DNA of 49,428 nt from the NCBI GenBank assembly GCA_019721075.1, contig JAHEAD010000005.1, positions 62,001 through 111,428 of the forward strand. The letters run 5' to 3'. Shown piece by piece: positions 1-10,278 of the stretch (its first letter is position 1; each line of letters begins with the position of its first letter). Source of the DNA: Candidatus Sysuiplasma jiujiangense. Its GTDB lineage: Archaea > Thermoplasmatota > Thermoplasmata > Sysuiplasmatales > Sysuiplasmataceae. The notes under the pieces were generated by a model. It made no database searches. It worked only from the letters and a program-made list of their open reading frames with translations, and had not been told where the DNA came from. The position numbers were made by a program, and so were the translations under genes.

Positions 1-1535
1 GACGGAAACCAGTGCTTCCCTGTAAGCAGGGCATATGTTGCGGGAGACAGGGATGAAGTCAGCGAAGGGTAAGCTGCCAGCATTGTCAATATAGGATTAT
101 AGCCAAGAAACGCCGAGAACAATTCGCCTGTCGCCGGCAATGATCGAATTATTGCAATCAGCTGTGAAGAGGCGCCGGCTGAGGCGAGGGCTGAAGAAAT
201 GGCGCCGGGCAACGAGGAGGTGAGAGCATCGATAATTATGATGAAGAATATCGCGAGACTCACAGTCTGACCGGAATTCTGGAGCGTTGCCCTCATGCCT
301 GAAGCTGCGCCCCTTTGTTCGGGCGGAACGGAATTCATTATCGAGGCAGTGTTTGGCGCGGCAAACATACCCATTCCTATGCCCTGCATCAAAAGCAGAA
401 GACCAAATTCCCAGTACTGGAAATCATATGGCAGGAGAAGAAAGAGGAGGAAAGAAAGAGTTGCAATGCCCATGCCGGCAGTTGACAGAAACCTCGCTCC
501 GTGCCTGTCAGACAGCCACCCGCTCAGTGGGCCCATTATGATGAAGCCGACCATCATCGGCAGCATATAGATGCCTGCCCAGAACGGTGTCGACGAATAG
601 CTGTATCCATGCAGCGGAAGCCAGATACCCTGAAGGAGAATTATGAGCATGATCATCATGCCGCCTCTTGCAATTGCAGCAAGCATGCCCGCAAAGTTCG
701 CAGCCGTGAATATCCTTCTCTTGAAAAGTCTCAGGTTGAACATTGGCTGTTCAACCTTCAATTCAACAAACGGGAAAATAATGAGCAGCGCCAGGCCTCC
801 GAAAACAGATGCGGCAACCCATGGACTTGACCATCCCATGCTGGCTTTTCCGTAAGGCATCAAACCATACGTCACACCAATTAAAAGCAGTGTCAGGCCC
901 GCGGCGAATGTTGTGTTGCCGGCGATGTCTATCCTGCTCTTCCGCTCAGGCTTTACCAGTTCCCTGAGTTTATAGTATGACCAGAGCGTTCCGAACAGCC
1001 CGAACGGAACGCTTACGAGAAAAACATATCTCCAGTCATAGGATGCGAGAACGCCGCCGAGAATAAGACCGACAAGTGAGCCCGCGAGAGCCGCAATCTG
1101 GTTTACGCCGAGTGCCTTACCGCGTTCGTTGTGCGGAAACGCGTCAGTCAGAATCGCAGCGCTGTTGGAAAAGAGAAATGCTCCTCCTATGCCCTGAACG
1201 ATCCTGAAGAGTATGATGAAGTTGGCTGCAGTGTCCCCCCTCCCGGGGGTGAGAGACAGTGCAATTGAACCGATTGTAAAGATGGCGAAGCCCATGTTGT
1301 AGAGTTTGACCCTTCCGAATATGTCAGACAGTCTCCCGAATGTCACGAGAAGGGTTGCTGTAACAATATTGTAGCCAAACAATATCCAGAGAAGGTACTG
1401 GAACGAGGTGAGCGGATTTATGCCTATGCCCTTGAAAATTGCAGGGAGCGAAATTAAAATTATTGTGCTGTTTATCATCGCCATCATAACACCAAGCGTG
1501 GTGTTTGAAAGCGCGACCCATTTGTATTCAACCAT
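1..1535 (-). CDS. MFS transporter (DHA2/EmrB-like), 3' end outside the window
   Basis: Not in the ORF track because it runs off the edge. Manual translation from ATG 1535 gives [41 protein letters not shown]...[12 protein letters not shown] (MFS motif A), hydrophobic throughout. Confidence 0.9.
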   Translation of the reverse strand, partial: MVEYKWVALSNTTLGVMMAMINSTIILISLPAIFKGIGINPLTSFQYLLWILFGYNIVTATLLVTFGRLSDIFGRVKLYNMGFAIFTIGSIALSLTPGRGDTAANFIILFRIVQGIGGAFLFSNSAAILTDAFPHNERGKALGVNQIAALAGSLVGLILGGVLASYDWRYVFLVSVPFGLFGTLWSYYKLRELVKPERKSRIDIAGNTTFAAGLTLLLIGVTYGLMPYGKASMGWSSPWVAASVFGGLALLIIFPFVELKVEQPMFNLRLFKRRIFTAANFAGMLAAIARGGMMIMLIILLQGIWLPLHGYSYSSTPFWAGIYMLPMMVGFIIMGPLSGWLSDRHGARFLSTAGMGIATLSFLLFLLLPYDFQYWEFGLLLLMQGIGMGMFAAPNTASIMNSVPPEQRGAASGMRATLQNSGQTVSLAIFFIIIIDALTSSLPGAISSALASAGASSQLIAIIRSLPATGELFSAFLGYNPILTMLAAYPSLTSSLSPATYALLTGKHWFP

Positions 1536-1741
1536 AACAGTTAAGTGTTTAACTACCTACTATTATAAATCATTGACGAGCCTCAACTTTGTTTTACTGA
1601 AGCAGTTTTATAGCTTCATTTCCCCGCACTGATTTTCTTTTTAACGATTCCTGTACCACTGAAATCGGTAAACGCTACATTTTTCGCATGTGCTTTCAGA
1701 TGTTGATTCTCTGATGTGTCAGTGGGTTGACACGAAAGGTC

Positions 1742-2953
1742 TTATTCAATATGCGGGGCAATCTTCGCCACGTTTGCCTCGGGCATTTTACCGAAAAAGC
1801 GGTGATACAGGTAGACATTGAAGAAGTTGAGGACAACTGCCATCTCGAAAGGGATCGAAACGGGATAGGCATCCTGGATGGCACCTGATGACAGGGAAGC
1901 GGCAACCGCGGGAAAGAGCCGCGCGGATTGATTGGTTCCCGTGGCAAACGATCTGGACTGTTCGCTCACCAGGTTCATCATCAGCGACTGCTGCGAGGGA
2001 AGAGCCATTGCGCGGAATGCAGTAAATGCAAGATAACTTAAAGAGGCAAAGAGCGCATTTATTGCAAATGGAAACACCAGCATGAAAAGAGTCGAAACGA
2101 CTCTTGTCGATATTATGAATTTGACAAATCCAAGTCTGGCTGTAAGATACGGCGTCAAAATCATGGAGGAGGCCGTAATCACTCCGCCCGCTGCGAACAA
2201 ATCACCGACTTCTCCGTTTGTCAGCAGGAACTGGTGTCTTAGAATTATCGGGAGGAAGGGTATGATAAGCCCCTGACTCGCACCGTTGAGCATTCCTGTT
2301 GCTGCAAATTTTCTTATGAGGCTGTTGTCTTTCCTGTCAGTAATTGTCTTCCGTTCAGTTCTTTTCTGCGGCCTGAATGCCTCCCGTATTGGCAATACAG
2401 CCACAAACGACAGAAGCGAAAACAAAAGCGCGATGGCAAAGAGCATGTCGTAGTTGCTTATGTTTGAAAGTAATGCGCCTGCAGAGCCTGCAACGCTCGA
2501 CACGATGGTGAATGCAGAAAAAATAAGTGTGCGGTTTGAGCTGTTTGTCTTCTCAGCGAGAAGTGCGGTCTGCATGGGGGCAACAGAGGCTCCCACGCCT
2601 CCTCCTACAAGTCCTCCGGCTATCCCAAATCCTCCGAGCGCCGCAGAAACTGCGAGCAGGATGAAATTCGAGGTGCTGAGCATTATCAGAACTGCGGCCG
2701 GAAGAAATGCAAGCGTAAGCAGAAGAAGCCTTTTCCTTCCATGAAGATCCGCATACCTGCCGATGCCGAGAGTCAGGAGTGGAGTGAAAAGGGCCCCTAT
2801 GCCGAACAGCACTCCGATGAGCGTCAGTGAAAGGTGCAGTTGATACTTGTAGTATAGGCCGATTATTACGGAAAGGATTCCGCCTGCGAGACTTCTGGCG
2901 ACCCTTGAGGTCACAAGAAGATATAGGTCACGGTTTTCCGTAAGTTTGCTCAT
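1742..2953 (-). CDS. MFS transporter
   Basis: 403 aa, about 12 TM segments, motif A GRYADLHGRKR. ATGA overlap with the arginase stop. Confidence 0.9.
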   Translation of the reverse strand: MSKLTENRDLYLLVTSRVARSLAGGILSVIIGLYYKYQLHLSLTLIGVLFGIGALFTPLLTLGIGRYADLHGRKRLLLLTLAFLPAAVLIMLSTSNFILLAVSAALGGFGIAGGLVGGGVGASVAPMQTALLAEKTNSSNRTLIFSAFTIVSSVAGSAGALLSNISNYDMLFAIALLFSLLSFVAVLPIREAFRPQKRTERKTITDRKDNSLIRKFAATGMLNGASQGLIIPFLPIILRHQFLLTNGEVGDLFAAGGVITASSMILTPYLTARLGFVKFIISTRVVSTLFMLVFPFAINALFASLSYLAFTAFRAMALPSQQSLMMNLVSEQSRSFATGTNQSARLFPAVAASLSSGAIQDAYPVSIPFEMAVVLNFFNVYLYHRFFGKMPEANVAKIAPHIE

Positions 2954-3945
2954 TTGAATTTGTCCAGTTTTGCATTCCGGTTGAAAGTGCCTGGCTTGCT
3001 GATTTTAGTGTTACCTTTCTTCACCGCACTTCGGCTTACCGCAACCTTCCGCTCAAAAATTCTCTTTCCCATGAGTGATTCCAGAAGCTGTACTGCTATT
3101 TCGGCCGTCTTGTTCGACTGATCGAGTATGGGATTTACCTCAACAAGTTCCGCGGAGGTAACTACACCTGAATCATACAGCATCTCCATTGCAAGATGTG
3201 CCTCCCGGTATGTCAGGCCGCCCGGAACAGGCGTCCCTGTTCCAGGGGCTTCCCTGGGATCAAGGACATCGATATCAAAACTCATGTGTACATCGTCAAC
3301 GCCCCTGGCCGCAATATCTATTGCTTCCCTCATCACCCTCGCGATGCCCAGCTCATCGACTTCTTTCATGGTGAAAACTGTTATTCTGGACCTCTCGATA
3401 AGCTCCGACTCCTTCTCATCTATGCTTCTGACGCCGACCAAAACAGTGTTTTCCTCTATTGCCTTTGGTTTTATTCTCTTGAAATTTGCCAGCTTCGGAT
3501 GTCCATATCCCAGAATGGCCGACAGTGCCATTCCATGAACATTTCCGGAAGGTGTGGTTTCCTGTGTGTTGAAATCACCGTGCGCGTCAATCCAGATAAT
3601 TCCTCTTCTGGTTCCATGGGATGCAAGCCCACCTAATGTGCCAACGGACACGCTCTGATCCCCTCCGATCACCAGAGGAAACATTTTTCCGGATACACAC
3701 ATCGATACCTGTTCAGCAATATTTTCACACATTTTGAGAATGTCATCCAGATATCGGATTCTCTCGTCGCCATGCCTCGCAGTAGATCTATCGGGTCCGC
3801 CCACGTTGCCGAAATCGGTTATCTTGTGCCCGAGTTCCGCCAGCCGCTTGTCCAGGTCCGCTATTCTCAGGGCAGTAGGACCCATGTCCACTCCTCTCCT
3901 CTTCTGTCCAAGATCCATCGGAACGCCGATTATGCCAATATCCGT
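2950..3945 (-). CDS. rocF: Arginase (ureohydrolase family), probable non-canonical start at 3945
   Basis: GVPMDLG..RRGVDMGP, WIDAHGDFNT, SGNVHGM, SFDIDVLDP, PGTGTPVPGGL, EVNP. First ATG is at 3918, but the conserved DIGIIGVP strand lies upstream of it. Confidence 0.9.
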   Translation of the reverse strand, partial: TDIGIIGVPMDLGQKRRGVDMGPTALRIADLDKRLAELGHKITDFGNVGGPDRSTARHGDERIRYLDDILKMCENIAEQVSMCVSGKMFPLVIGGDQSVSVGTLGGLASHGTRRGIIWIDAHGDFNTQETTPSGNVHGMALSAILGYGHPKLANFKRIKPKAIEENTVLVGVRSIDEKESELIERSRITVFTMKEVDELGIARVMREAIDIAARGVDDVHMSFDIDVLDPREAPGTGTPVPGGLTYREAHLAMEMLYDSGVVTSAELVEVNPILDQSNKTAEIAVQLLESLMGKRIFERKVAVSRSAVKKGNTKISKPGTFNRNAKLDKFK

Positions 3946-4041
3946 AATCTCACCCCGCTTCCCATGACGATTCAGTATCCATTTTGAGTGTGCCGGGTCA
4001 TGTAATCAAACCCGATGCCCTAATAAACGTTGTTAGAAGCC

Positions 4042-4857
4042 TCACATGAGATTCGCTGAAAAAAATTTCTTCAGACGTTCCCATGCGTCCTTTGCGGCCT
4101 CCTCGTTATAATTTCTGCCTGTGTTATTGAAGAAGGCGTGGGCAGCCCCCCTGTACACCACTAACTCAAATATCTTGTCATAGTCGACAAATGCCCTGAC
4201 AAGTTCGTTTAGATGCTCATTTATCCTCTTGTCCAAGGCGCCGTACAACCCGAGAATGGGGCCATTCATGTTTTTTACCCTGTCGATCGGCTCCGGATTC
4301 TGGCCGTAAAAAATTACTGTCGCGGCCGTCTTCCCGGTGCACCCCAGTTCGGCAGACATTGCCCCGCCGAAGCAGAAACCGGCACTACCGATATTTCCTG
4401 AATGAATATTTGGAAGCGAATTGAGATAGTCTACCCCTGCAGACAGTTCCTCGGCAAGTTTCTGCCTCGGCAAATTGAAGAGAACGCCCATCAGCGACTG
4501 AATTGCGTCTCTCTTGGTTTCGTCGTACCTGGCCAACTGCTCCTGGACATAACCCATATCCCTCTGTTTTTCAGGAGGCAGAGACATCATGAACTGCATG
4601 GTGAGCTGTATGTTCTGCTGTGTCATTGTCTGCGGTACATGCTTGCTGGAAAACAGATGCGGTGCGAGAACCACATATCCTTCTCTTGCAATCCTGTCAG
4701 CCACATCCTTTGTGTGATCGTTCAAACCAAAAATCTCATGAATCAGTACAATGCCGGGATGTTTATCACTTCCGGCAGGACCGGTAATGTATGCATCTAT
4801 TTTACCCGTGCTTCCATCATATCTTGTCATTTCGCCCCTGATTTTTTTTTCAGACAA
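4042..4857 (-). CDS. Dienelactone hydrolase family (carboxymethylenebutenolidase-like)
   Basis: HEIFG, GFCFGG nucleophile elbow, AHAFFN. TTG start after SD AAGGTGA. Confidence 0.92.
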   Translation of the reverse strand: MSEKKIRGEMTRYDGSTGKIDAYITGPAGSDKHPGIVLIHEIFGLNDHTKDVADRIAREGYVVLAPHLFSSKHVPQTMTQQNIQLTMQFMMSLPPEKQRDMGYVQEQLARYDETKRDAIQSLMGVLFNLPRQKLAEELSAGVDYLNSLPNIHSGNIGSAGFCFGGAMSAELGCTGKTAATVIFYGQNPEPIDRVKNMNGPILGLYGALDKRINEHLNELVRAFVDYDKIFELVVYRGAAHAFFNNTGRNYNEEAAKDAWERLKKFFSANLM

Positions 4858-5247
4858 AGAATCACCTTTCTGTTAACCCAATTGTAAATGCAGATAATAG
4901 TTTTGTGCTGTAACAGTCAAATGTCTAACTTCCTGCTTCACCAGCCAGCCGGAGAATTGTTCGAGTTTAGTGTTTTTACATTGCCTATTGGACATGACAC
5001 CGGGGGTTGCTCAAATGGCGTAATTTTCTTTTAAACTTGGGGATTGCTCCGCCGCATGCATGAAAGGTGATAGTTTAGTGCCCCAATGACGGTGTTATGT
5101 TAACGGCAGTCGGCTTGTCAATGTATTTCTTTCTATTGTAGTCTATAAATTAATTTGAAATCCACAATCAACGAACAATTTGCCGGAAAGGTAATGTCGT
5201 CTGAAAATAGAATGTCCTGTCGTCCTCCCCCCGTAATTCTTTTTGAA

Positions 5248-5268
5248 CACAATTGTGGTTTAAAAATA
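5248..5268 (+). promoter_or_regulatory. Perfect 10-bp palindrome CACAATTGTG followed by a TATA-like TTTAAAAA upstream of the radical SAM gene
   Basis: Sequence inspection only. Confidence 0.3.
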
Positions 5269-5388
5269 AAACTATATTATAACAACAAGACCTAAGTTTA
5301 AAATACCACTATTCCAAAAAAGTTAAGAACTGAACTAGTGATCATACAGCTCCAAAAGTGCAAATATGACTGATGAGGGGAATATGGA

Positions 5389-7068
5389 ATGACAAAATAT
5401 GTGCTTGTTTCAGATGCTACATTAAGTTACGACTATCGTAATTTTCCTCTTCTTGACTTCCTCCCGTGTGCTCCCTCCAACGTCCTTCCTGAAATTTTCT
5501 ACGATTACCTGAAGGGATCATTTTCTCCCTCACTTCCGGATGGGAGGGTAAAGTATGCGCCTTATTCTGTCAGAAAGCTTGAAGCTGCGCTTTTGACCAG
5601 GCACAAAAGGGAAGAAGTTGCCGTCGCCCATGAAGATCACCTGGGGAATTTTATCAAAGACGATACAGAGGTCATAGGAGTAAGCACGATGGACCCTCTT
5701 GGAACTGGTCCTCTTACAGTATCCTACATGATACTCTTCGAAAGCACGGGTTATCCGTGGGTCAGACGCGAATGGTACAGGCTGATGGAGAAGATAAATG
5801 CAGTTAGGAAAGGAAAGAAGGCAAAACTCGTTGTTGGCGGTCCGGGCGTTTGGGAATTCACACTTTTTCCGGAAGAACTGGAAAAATGCGGCATCGATTA
5901 TGCATTTCAGGGAGAATCAGACGATATTGTCTGTGACCTTTTCGATCAGATTTCTTCCGGGCAGGTTGACACCGGCAGGTTTTACAGCGGTTACCTGAGC
6001 TTTGACGACAATTTTCATCGTGCATACAGGGATAATGCTCGCTTCATAACCAGAAAACCTGGAACCAAGAACTATCCCACCCTGGAGGATATCCCCGAAA
6101 TTGTGGAACCGACAATGAAAAGCATGACTGAAATAATGAGGGGCTGTGGCGTCGGCTGCGATTTCTGTGAAGTTACTCTCAGACCATCCAGATACTATCC
6201 CGTGGAGAAGATAGTGAAGGAGATCGGTGTCAATGTTTCAAAGGGGGGCTACAGCAATGCCTGGCTCCACACAGACGAGATTTTCGCCTATAAGCATGGC
6301 CGTCTTTTCGAGCCGAATGAGGACGCGCTTATCGATTTATTCAGGAGTGTTATGTCTGTGCCAGGCATCGAGAGCGCAAATCCGACCCACGGAAGAATTT
6401 CGATACCTGCTGCTTATCCGGAACTCATTATGAAGCTAAGCGACATACTAAAGGCAGGGCCTTCAAACTGGATCGGAGTCCAGGTTGGTGTAGAAACAGG
6501 GAGCGAAAGGCTTGCGAAGATACACATGCCGAACAAGACACTCCCGCTGAAGATAGGGACAGACGGAAGCTGGCAGGACATAGTATGGTGGGGTGTCCAT
6601 AATTTCAACAGGTACCACTGGAGGCCGGCATTCACCTGCCAGGTCGGGCAGAGGGAGGAGACGGATGAAGACAACTGGGAAACAGTTGAGTTGATTAACC
6701 GCCTCAGCAACTCCATCGTCGACCACAGGGCATTCGAATTCACAATCACTCCAATGCAAAACGTACCTCTTGGTTTGATAAAGAGCAGACAGTTTTCCCA
6801 GATAGAACTTAATGAATCACAGCTCGCTGTATACTATGCTTCTTACCGTCATCTTGCAAAAATGGCTGCGAGGGATTCTGCACCTTCAAGTCATGGTGGC
6901 CTCCTTTCAAGGCTGGGCACCTCCAGCATAATATCTATTGGAGGATGGCTTATGCTCAAAGGCATAGAGCACATCTGCAAAAAACGTGGCCTTGATTTGG
7001 ATAAGGTCAAGCGCATCGGTTCTGAAGTTGGAGACACATTTGCGAAACCGGTTCGTATTATCTCATGA
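5389..7068 (+). CDS. B12-binding-like radical SAM protein, GDGT ring synthase (GrsA/GrsB)-like
   Basis: EIMRGCGVGCDFC (CxxxCxxC), VGGPGVW, GVETGS. The N-terminal LSYDY..PLLDFLPCAP...APYSVRKLEAAL resembles the archaeal Grs family as recalled, not searched. Confidence 0.7.
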   Translation: MTKYVLVSDATLSYDYRNFPLLDFLPCAPSNVLPEIFYDYLKGSFSPSLPDGRVKYAPYSVRKLEAALLTRHKREEVAVAHEDHLGNFIKDDTEVIGVSTMDPLGTGPLTVSYMILFESTGYPWVRREWYRLMEKINAVRKGKKAKLVVGGPGVWEFTLFPEELEKCGIDYAFQGESDDIVCDLFDQISSGQVDTGRFYSGYLSFDDNFHRAYRDNARFITRKPGTKNYPTLEDIPEIVEPTMKSMTEIMRGCGVGCDFCEVTLRPSRYYPVEKIVKEIGVNVSKGGYSNAWLHTDEIFAYKHGRLFEPNEDALIDLFRSVMSVPGIESANPTHGRISIPAAYPELIMKLSDILKAGPSNWIGVQVGVETGSERLAKIHMPNKTLPLKIGTDGSWQDIVWWGVHNFNRYHWRPAFTCQVGQREETDEDNWETVELINRLSNSIVDHRAFEFTITPMQNVPLGLIKSRQFSQIELNESQLAVYYASYRHLAKMAARDSAPSSHGGLLSRLGTSSIISIGGWLMLKGIEHICKKRGLDLDKVKRIGSEVGDTFAKPVRIIS

Positions 7069-7161
7069 TAAGTTTAGCGACTTCACTTTCCTGTCCGCAC
7101 GTTCATTCATCAACCTTATTAAGCAGTAGTTAATCGCGCAATGTGGAAATAGAGCGGTGGC

Positions 7162-10100
7162 TTGGTGTTAGAAAAATCATTCAGATCGCTTGGCGTACTT
7201 TCGCAGAAGAGGAGCAAAACGATCATTCTTCTCTGGATTGCCGCAATCATTTTCCTCGCTCCCTTTGCAGGACTGCTTTTCAGTGAAACTTCATACAATC
7301 TCGCATCCGGAATTTTTCCTTCCAACTCCATGTCTTCCCAGGCACAGAAGCTTTTGAGTGATAATTTCCCGTCTTCTGTATCGCGGGCCGGCGATCAGAG
7401 CCTGGTCATCGTTACAACTGGTACAAACGTCAACCAGAGAAGTGTTGTTGACCATTTTATTTCAATGGACGGCCTGCTTGTTTCCTACCTCAACAGCAGC
7501 AGTCTGAAAGGAAACATAACATCTATTTTCACAGTTGAGAAAAACACCATGCTGCAGCTGTCGTATGAAGCAAAAGGCGAACTCGCAGGAACTTATTCTC
7601 TGCTTAACACAACAACTAATGGCATCATGGCATTAAACAGTACACTGAACAGGACACTGGAAATGGTATACGGCATACCAGCCCTCTTTCTGCACTACCT
7701 TAGTGCAACGGGCGGTAACGTTACCCTGGCAAACAGTGAAGTCTTGAAAAACATTTCGGCGGAAGGAAATCTGGTCAATCTGTATTACACTACTTTCTAC
7801 GGCTACTGGAACACCTCTGATATTTCCAACCTGACAATGAGAACGTATTATTCAATAAGCCAGGACATACTTAATACGAGTTCACAATACTACCAGTTTT
7901 CAGTAACATATGGGCTTCTCCATCAGATTTCAGTGTCCATTATGCAGAATTTTTCACTTTCAGATTTTTCTCTGTCTACAAGTTCTGACCTCGGTCATTT
8001 CTTCTCATACGTTTACAACTTCACCGAGATGCAGTTTGTTCCTTCCCTTTCATCAAATTCTGAAGTGAACAGCCTTGTAGTATCCGGATTGGATCTGACA
8101 ATACAGGACTTTTTCAATGTCTCGTATTCCGTCCAGGGATTGCAGGCCACCGGAGCATACGGATCGACAGCTGTCAGGCTGGTTTCTCATGGTATCCAGG
8201 CGTCACTTGAATACAATCCCTTTGCTGCCGCTCAGCCGCAATATCTCACGCCATATCTCAGTCTCCTGAACAACACCAGTTCGGTTTCGAATCTTGCCAA
8301 TCAGACAGTTTCGTTATCTGGTTTCTCCCAGTATCCATTCATTCCGACACCCTATGTCTACCATCAGTTTGTGGGGTATGATAATTCAACCGTCGTTTTC
8401 ATTCTCACAACATCAGGAAAGCTTACTTCCGGGCAGTCTGTTCACATATCTTCCCTGGTTGGCGGTGAAGTTTCGCCTATACCAGGAAGCCATTACTATC
8501 TGGCCGGTTCGACTGAGCAGAACAATCAGCTCTCATCGGAAACGCTTACTGGTATGATAAGGGCTCTGATAATCGGCATCGTCCTTTCAATAATAATCGT
8601 CGGAGTATTCTTCAGATCGGTAACGGCCGCATTCCTGCCGCTCTTGATGTTTGGCATAAGTGCACTTTCCGCATTTTCTGTCAACGGACTGGTCTACAAA
8701 TACATCCTCCATTCCTCTATTTCATTCATCACTCCGACGCTTCTGCTCATTCTGCTGCTGGGACTTTCAAGTGATTACGTTGTCTACATGATGTCGAGGT
8801 TCAGGCGTGAGCTCAGAAAGGGCAACAAGTTCCCGGCAATAGTTTCCACCCAGTGGGCCGGTCATGCTATTTTCACTTCCGGCGCAACAGTTGCCCTTTC
8901 TTATGTTGCACTCTACGTGTCAGGCGTTCCTCTGTTCAGTGATTCGGGCATTACAAACGCAATAGGGGTATTGCTTGCGGTGCTTGTGTCAAACACTCTC
9001 CTGGTAGCACTGCTCAATATATTCAGGGAGAGGATATTCTGGCCATCCAGGCTGGGTTCAAACAGGCCAGACAACGAAACCACAATGTACAGGATTTCAA
9101 CCTTTGTGATAGGCAACAAGGGCAAAATACTGGCTGTTTTTCTCGTTGTTGCAATTGTCGGTTCATACGTTTATGCTTCAACACCAACCAACTTTGATGT
9201 CTTTGATCTGATACCGGCCAGCAGCGGAATCAAGGCAATCGAGGTTGTCAATTCCGGCTTCCATGGGGATCTGTTCGATCTCGGATACATAATATTGCAG
9301 TTTCCATCGCCTGTTCTCAACGGGAACACATCTTTCAATGACACAGAGATGCTGCAGATAACATCGATCGAAAACACGCTTTCAGAGAACAGTCACATTG
9401 CGCAGATTCAGGGTCCGACTTACCCGTTCGGCAGCTATGTTCCGTTCAATCTGAGCAATATCCCCTCAGCCTACAAATCTGAGTATGAGTCGCAGATGCT
9501 GTCTTTTGTAGGGAGCAACACAACCTATGTGCGCTTAACATTTGAGCTCTCATCGCTCGCCTGGAGAAGTCAGTCTTCTTCATTTGTCAACTCCATGCCT
9601 GCATTGCTTTACGGAAGTGTAGGCGGAAACTTTAAATTATTCATAGGCGGCCTGACCGAAGGTTTTCTGAACGCCTACTCTTTTACGAGCCTCAGTTTCG
9701 CAAAACTTGTTCCGGTTCTTGCCTTTGCGATACTTGCAGTTCTTGCAGTCCAGCTTACTTCCATTTTCACACCGGCAAGACTTATTGCGATGGTTCTTGC
9801 ATCGGTTGTTGTAGCCCTCGCAATAACCTATATTGCACTTTACTACACCCTGCATCTTCCGATACTGATATTTCTCCCGATGTTCACAGTAATCACGCTT
9901 CTAGCGGTTGGACTCGATTATGACATCTTCATGGTCACCAGAGTCAGGGAAGAAGTGATAAATGGTAGAAGCGACAGGGATGGAATAAGCACAAGCATAA
10001 TTGAAAATGGAGGTGTAATCGTAACACTGGGCTCACTCCTCTTTGTCACATTCGCCTCACTAATTTTTAGCGGCATCGGCATAATTCAGGAAATAGGTCT

Positions 10101-10251
10101 GGGTCTCGCAGTGGGGGTGCTGATAGATACGTTCGTCAGCTGGCCGTTTTTTGTCCCTGCGGTCATGCTTTATCTCAGGAAATACAACTGGTGGCCATCC
10201 AGGATAGGCAAGCCTATGCGGGTGGTTTACAGAAACCTGAAGAATAAGTGA
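7162..10251 (+). CDS. MMPL/RND superfamily transporter
   Basis: 1029 aa with two 1+5 TM halves, GLSSDYVVYMMSRFRRE and AVGLDYDIFMVTRVREE, C-terminal NWWP. Large N-x-S/T-rich external loops. Confidence 0.93.
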   Translation: MVLEKSFRSLGVLSQKRSKTIILLWIAAIIFLAPFAGLLFSETSYNLASGIFPSNSMSSQAQKLLSDNFPSSVSRAGDQSLVIVTTGTNVNQRSVVDHFISMDGLLVSYLNSSSLKGNITSIFTVEKNTMLQLSYEAKGELAGTYSLLNTTTNGIMALNSTLNRTLEMVYGIPALFLHYLSATGGNVTLANSEVLKNISAEGNLVNLYYTTFYGYWNTSDISNLTMRTYYSISQDILNTSSQYYQFSVTYGLLHQISVSIMQNFSLSDFSLSTSSDLGHFFSYVYNFTEMQFVPSLSSNSEVNSLVVSGLDLTIQDFFNVSYSVQGLQATGAYGSTAVRLVSHGIQASLEYNPFAAAQPQYLTPYLSLLNNTSSVSNLANQTVSLSGFSQYPFIPTPYVYHQFVGYDNSTVVFILTTSGKLTSGQSVHISSLVGGEVSPIPGSHYYLAGSTEQNNQLSSETLTGMIRALIIGIVLSIIIVGVFFRSVTAAFLPLLMFGISALSAFSVNGLVYKYILHSSISFITPTLLLILLLGLSSDYVVYMMSRFRRELRKGNKFPAIVSTQWAGHAIFTSGATVALSYVALYVSGVPLFSDSGITNAIGVLLAVLVSNTLLVALLNIFRERIFWPSRLGSNRPDNETTMYRISTFVIGNKGKILAVFLVVAIVGSYVYASTPTNFDVFDLIPASSGIKAIEVVNSGFHGDLFDLGYIILQFPSPVLNGNTSFNDTEMLQITSIENTLSENSHIAQIQGPTYPFGSYVPFNLSNIPSAYKSEYESQMLSFVGSNTTYVRLTFELSSLAWRSQSSSFVNSMPALLYGSVGGNFKLFIGGLTEGFLNAYSFTSLSFAKLVPVLAFAILAVLAVQLTSIFTPARLIAMVLASVVVALAITYIALYYTLHLPILIFLPMFTVITLLAVGLDYDIFMVTRVREEVINGRSDRDGISTSIIENGGVIVTLGSLLFVTFASLIFSGIGIIQEIGLGLAVGVLIDTFVSWPFFVPAVMLYLRKYNWWPSRIGKPMRVVYRNLKNK

Positions 10252-10278
10252 CAGCCCGGTTGGTGGGCGTGCAGGCAT

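Noticed and set aside
287..1632. Short plus-strand ORFs in the ORF track
   Set aside because: They are antisense shadows of the minus-strand MFS gene that runs off the window edge.
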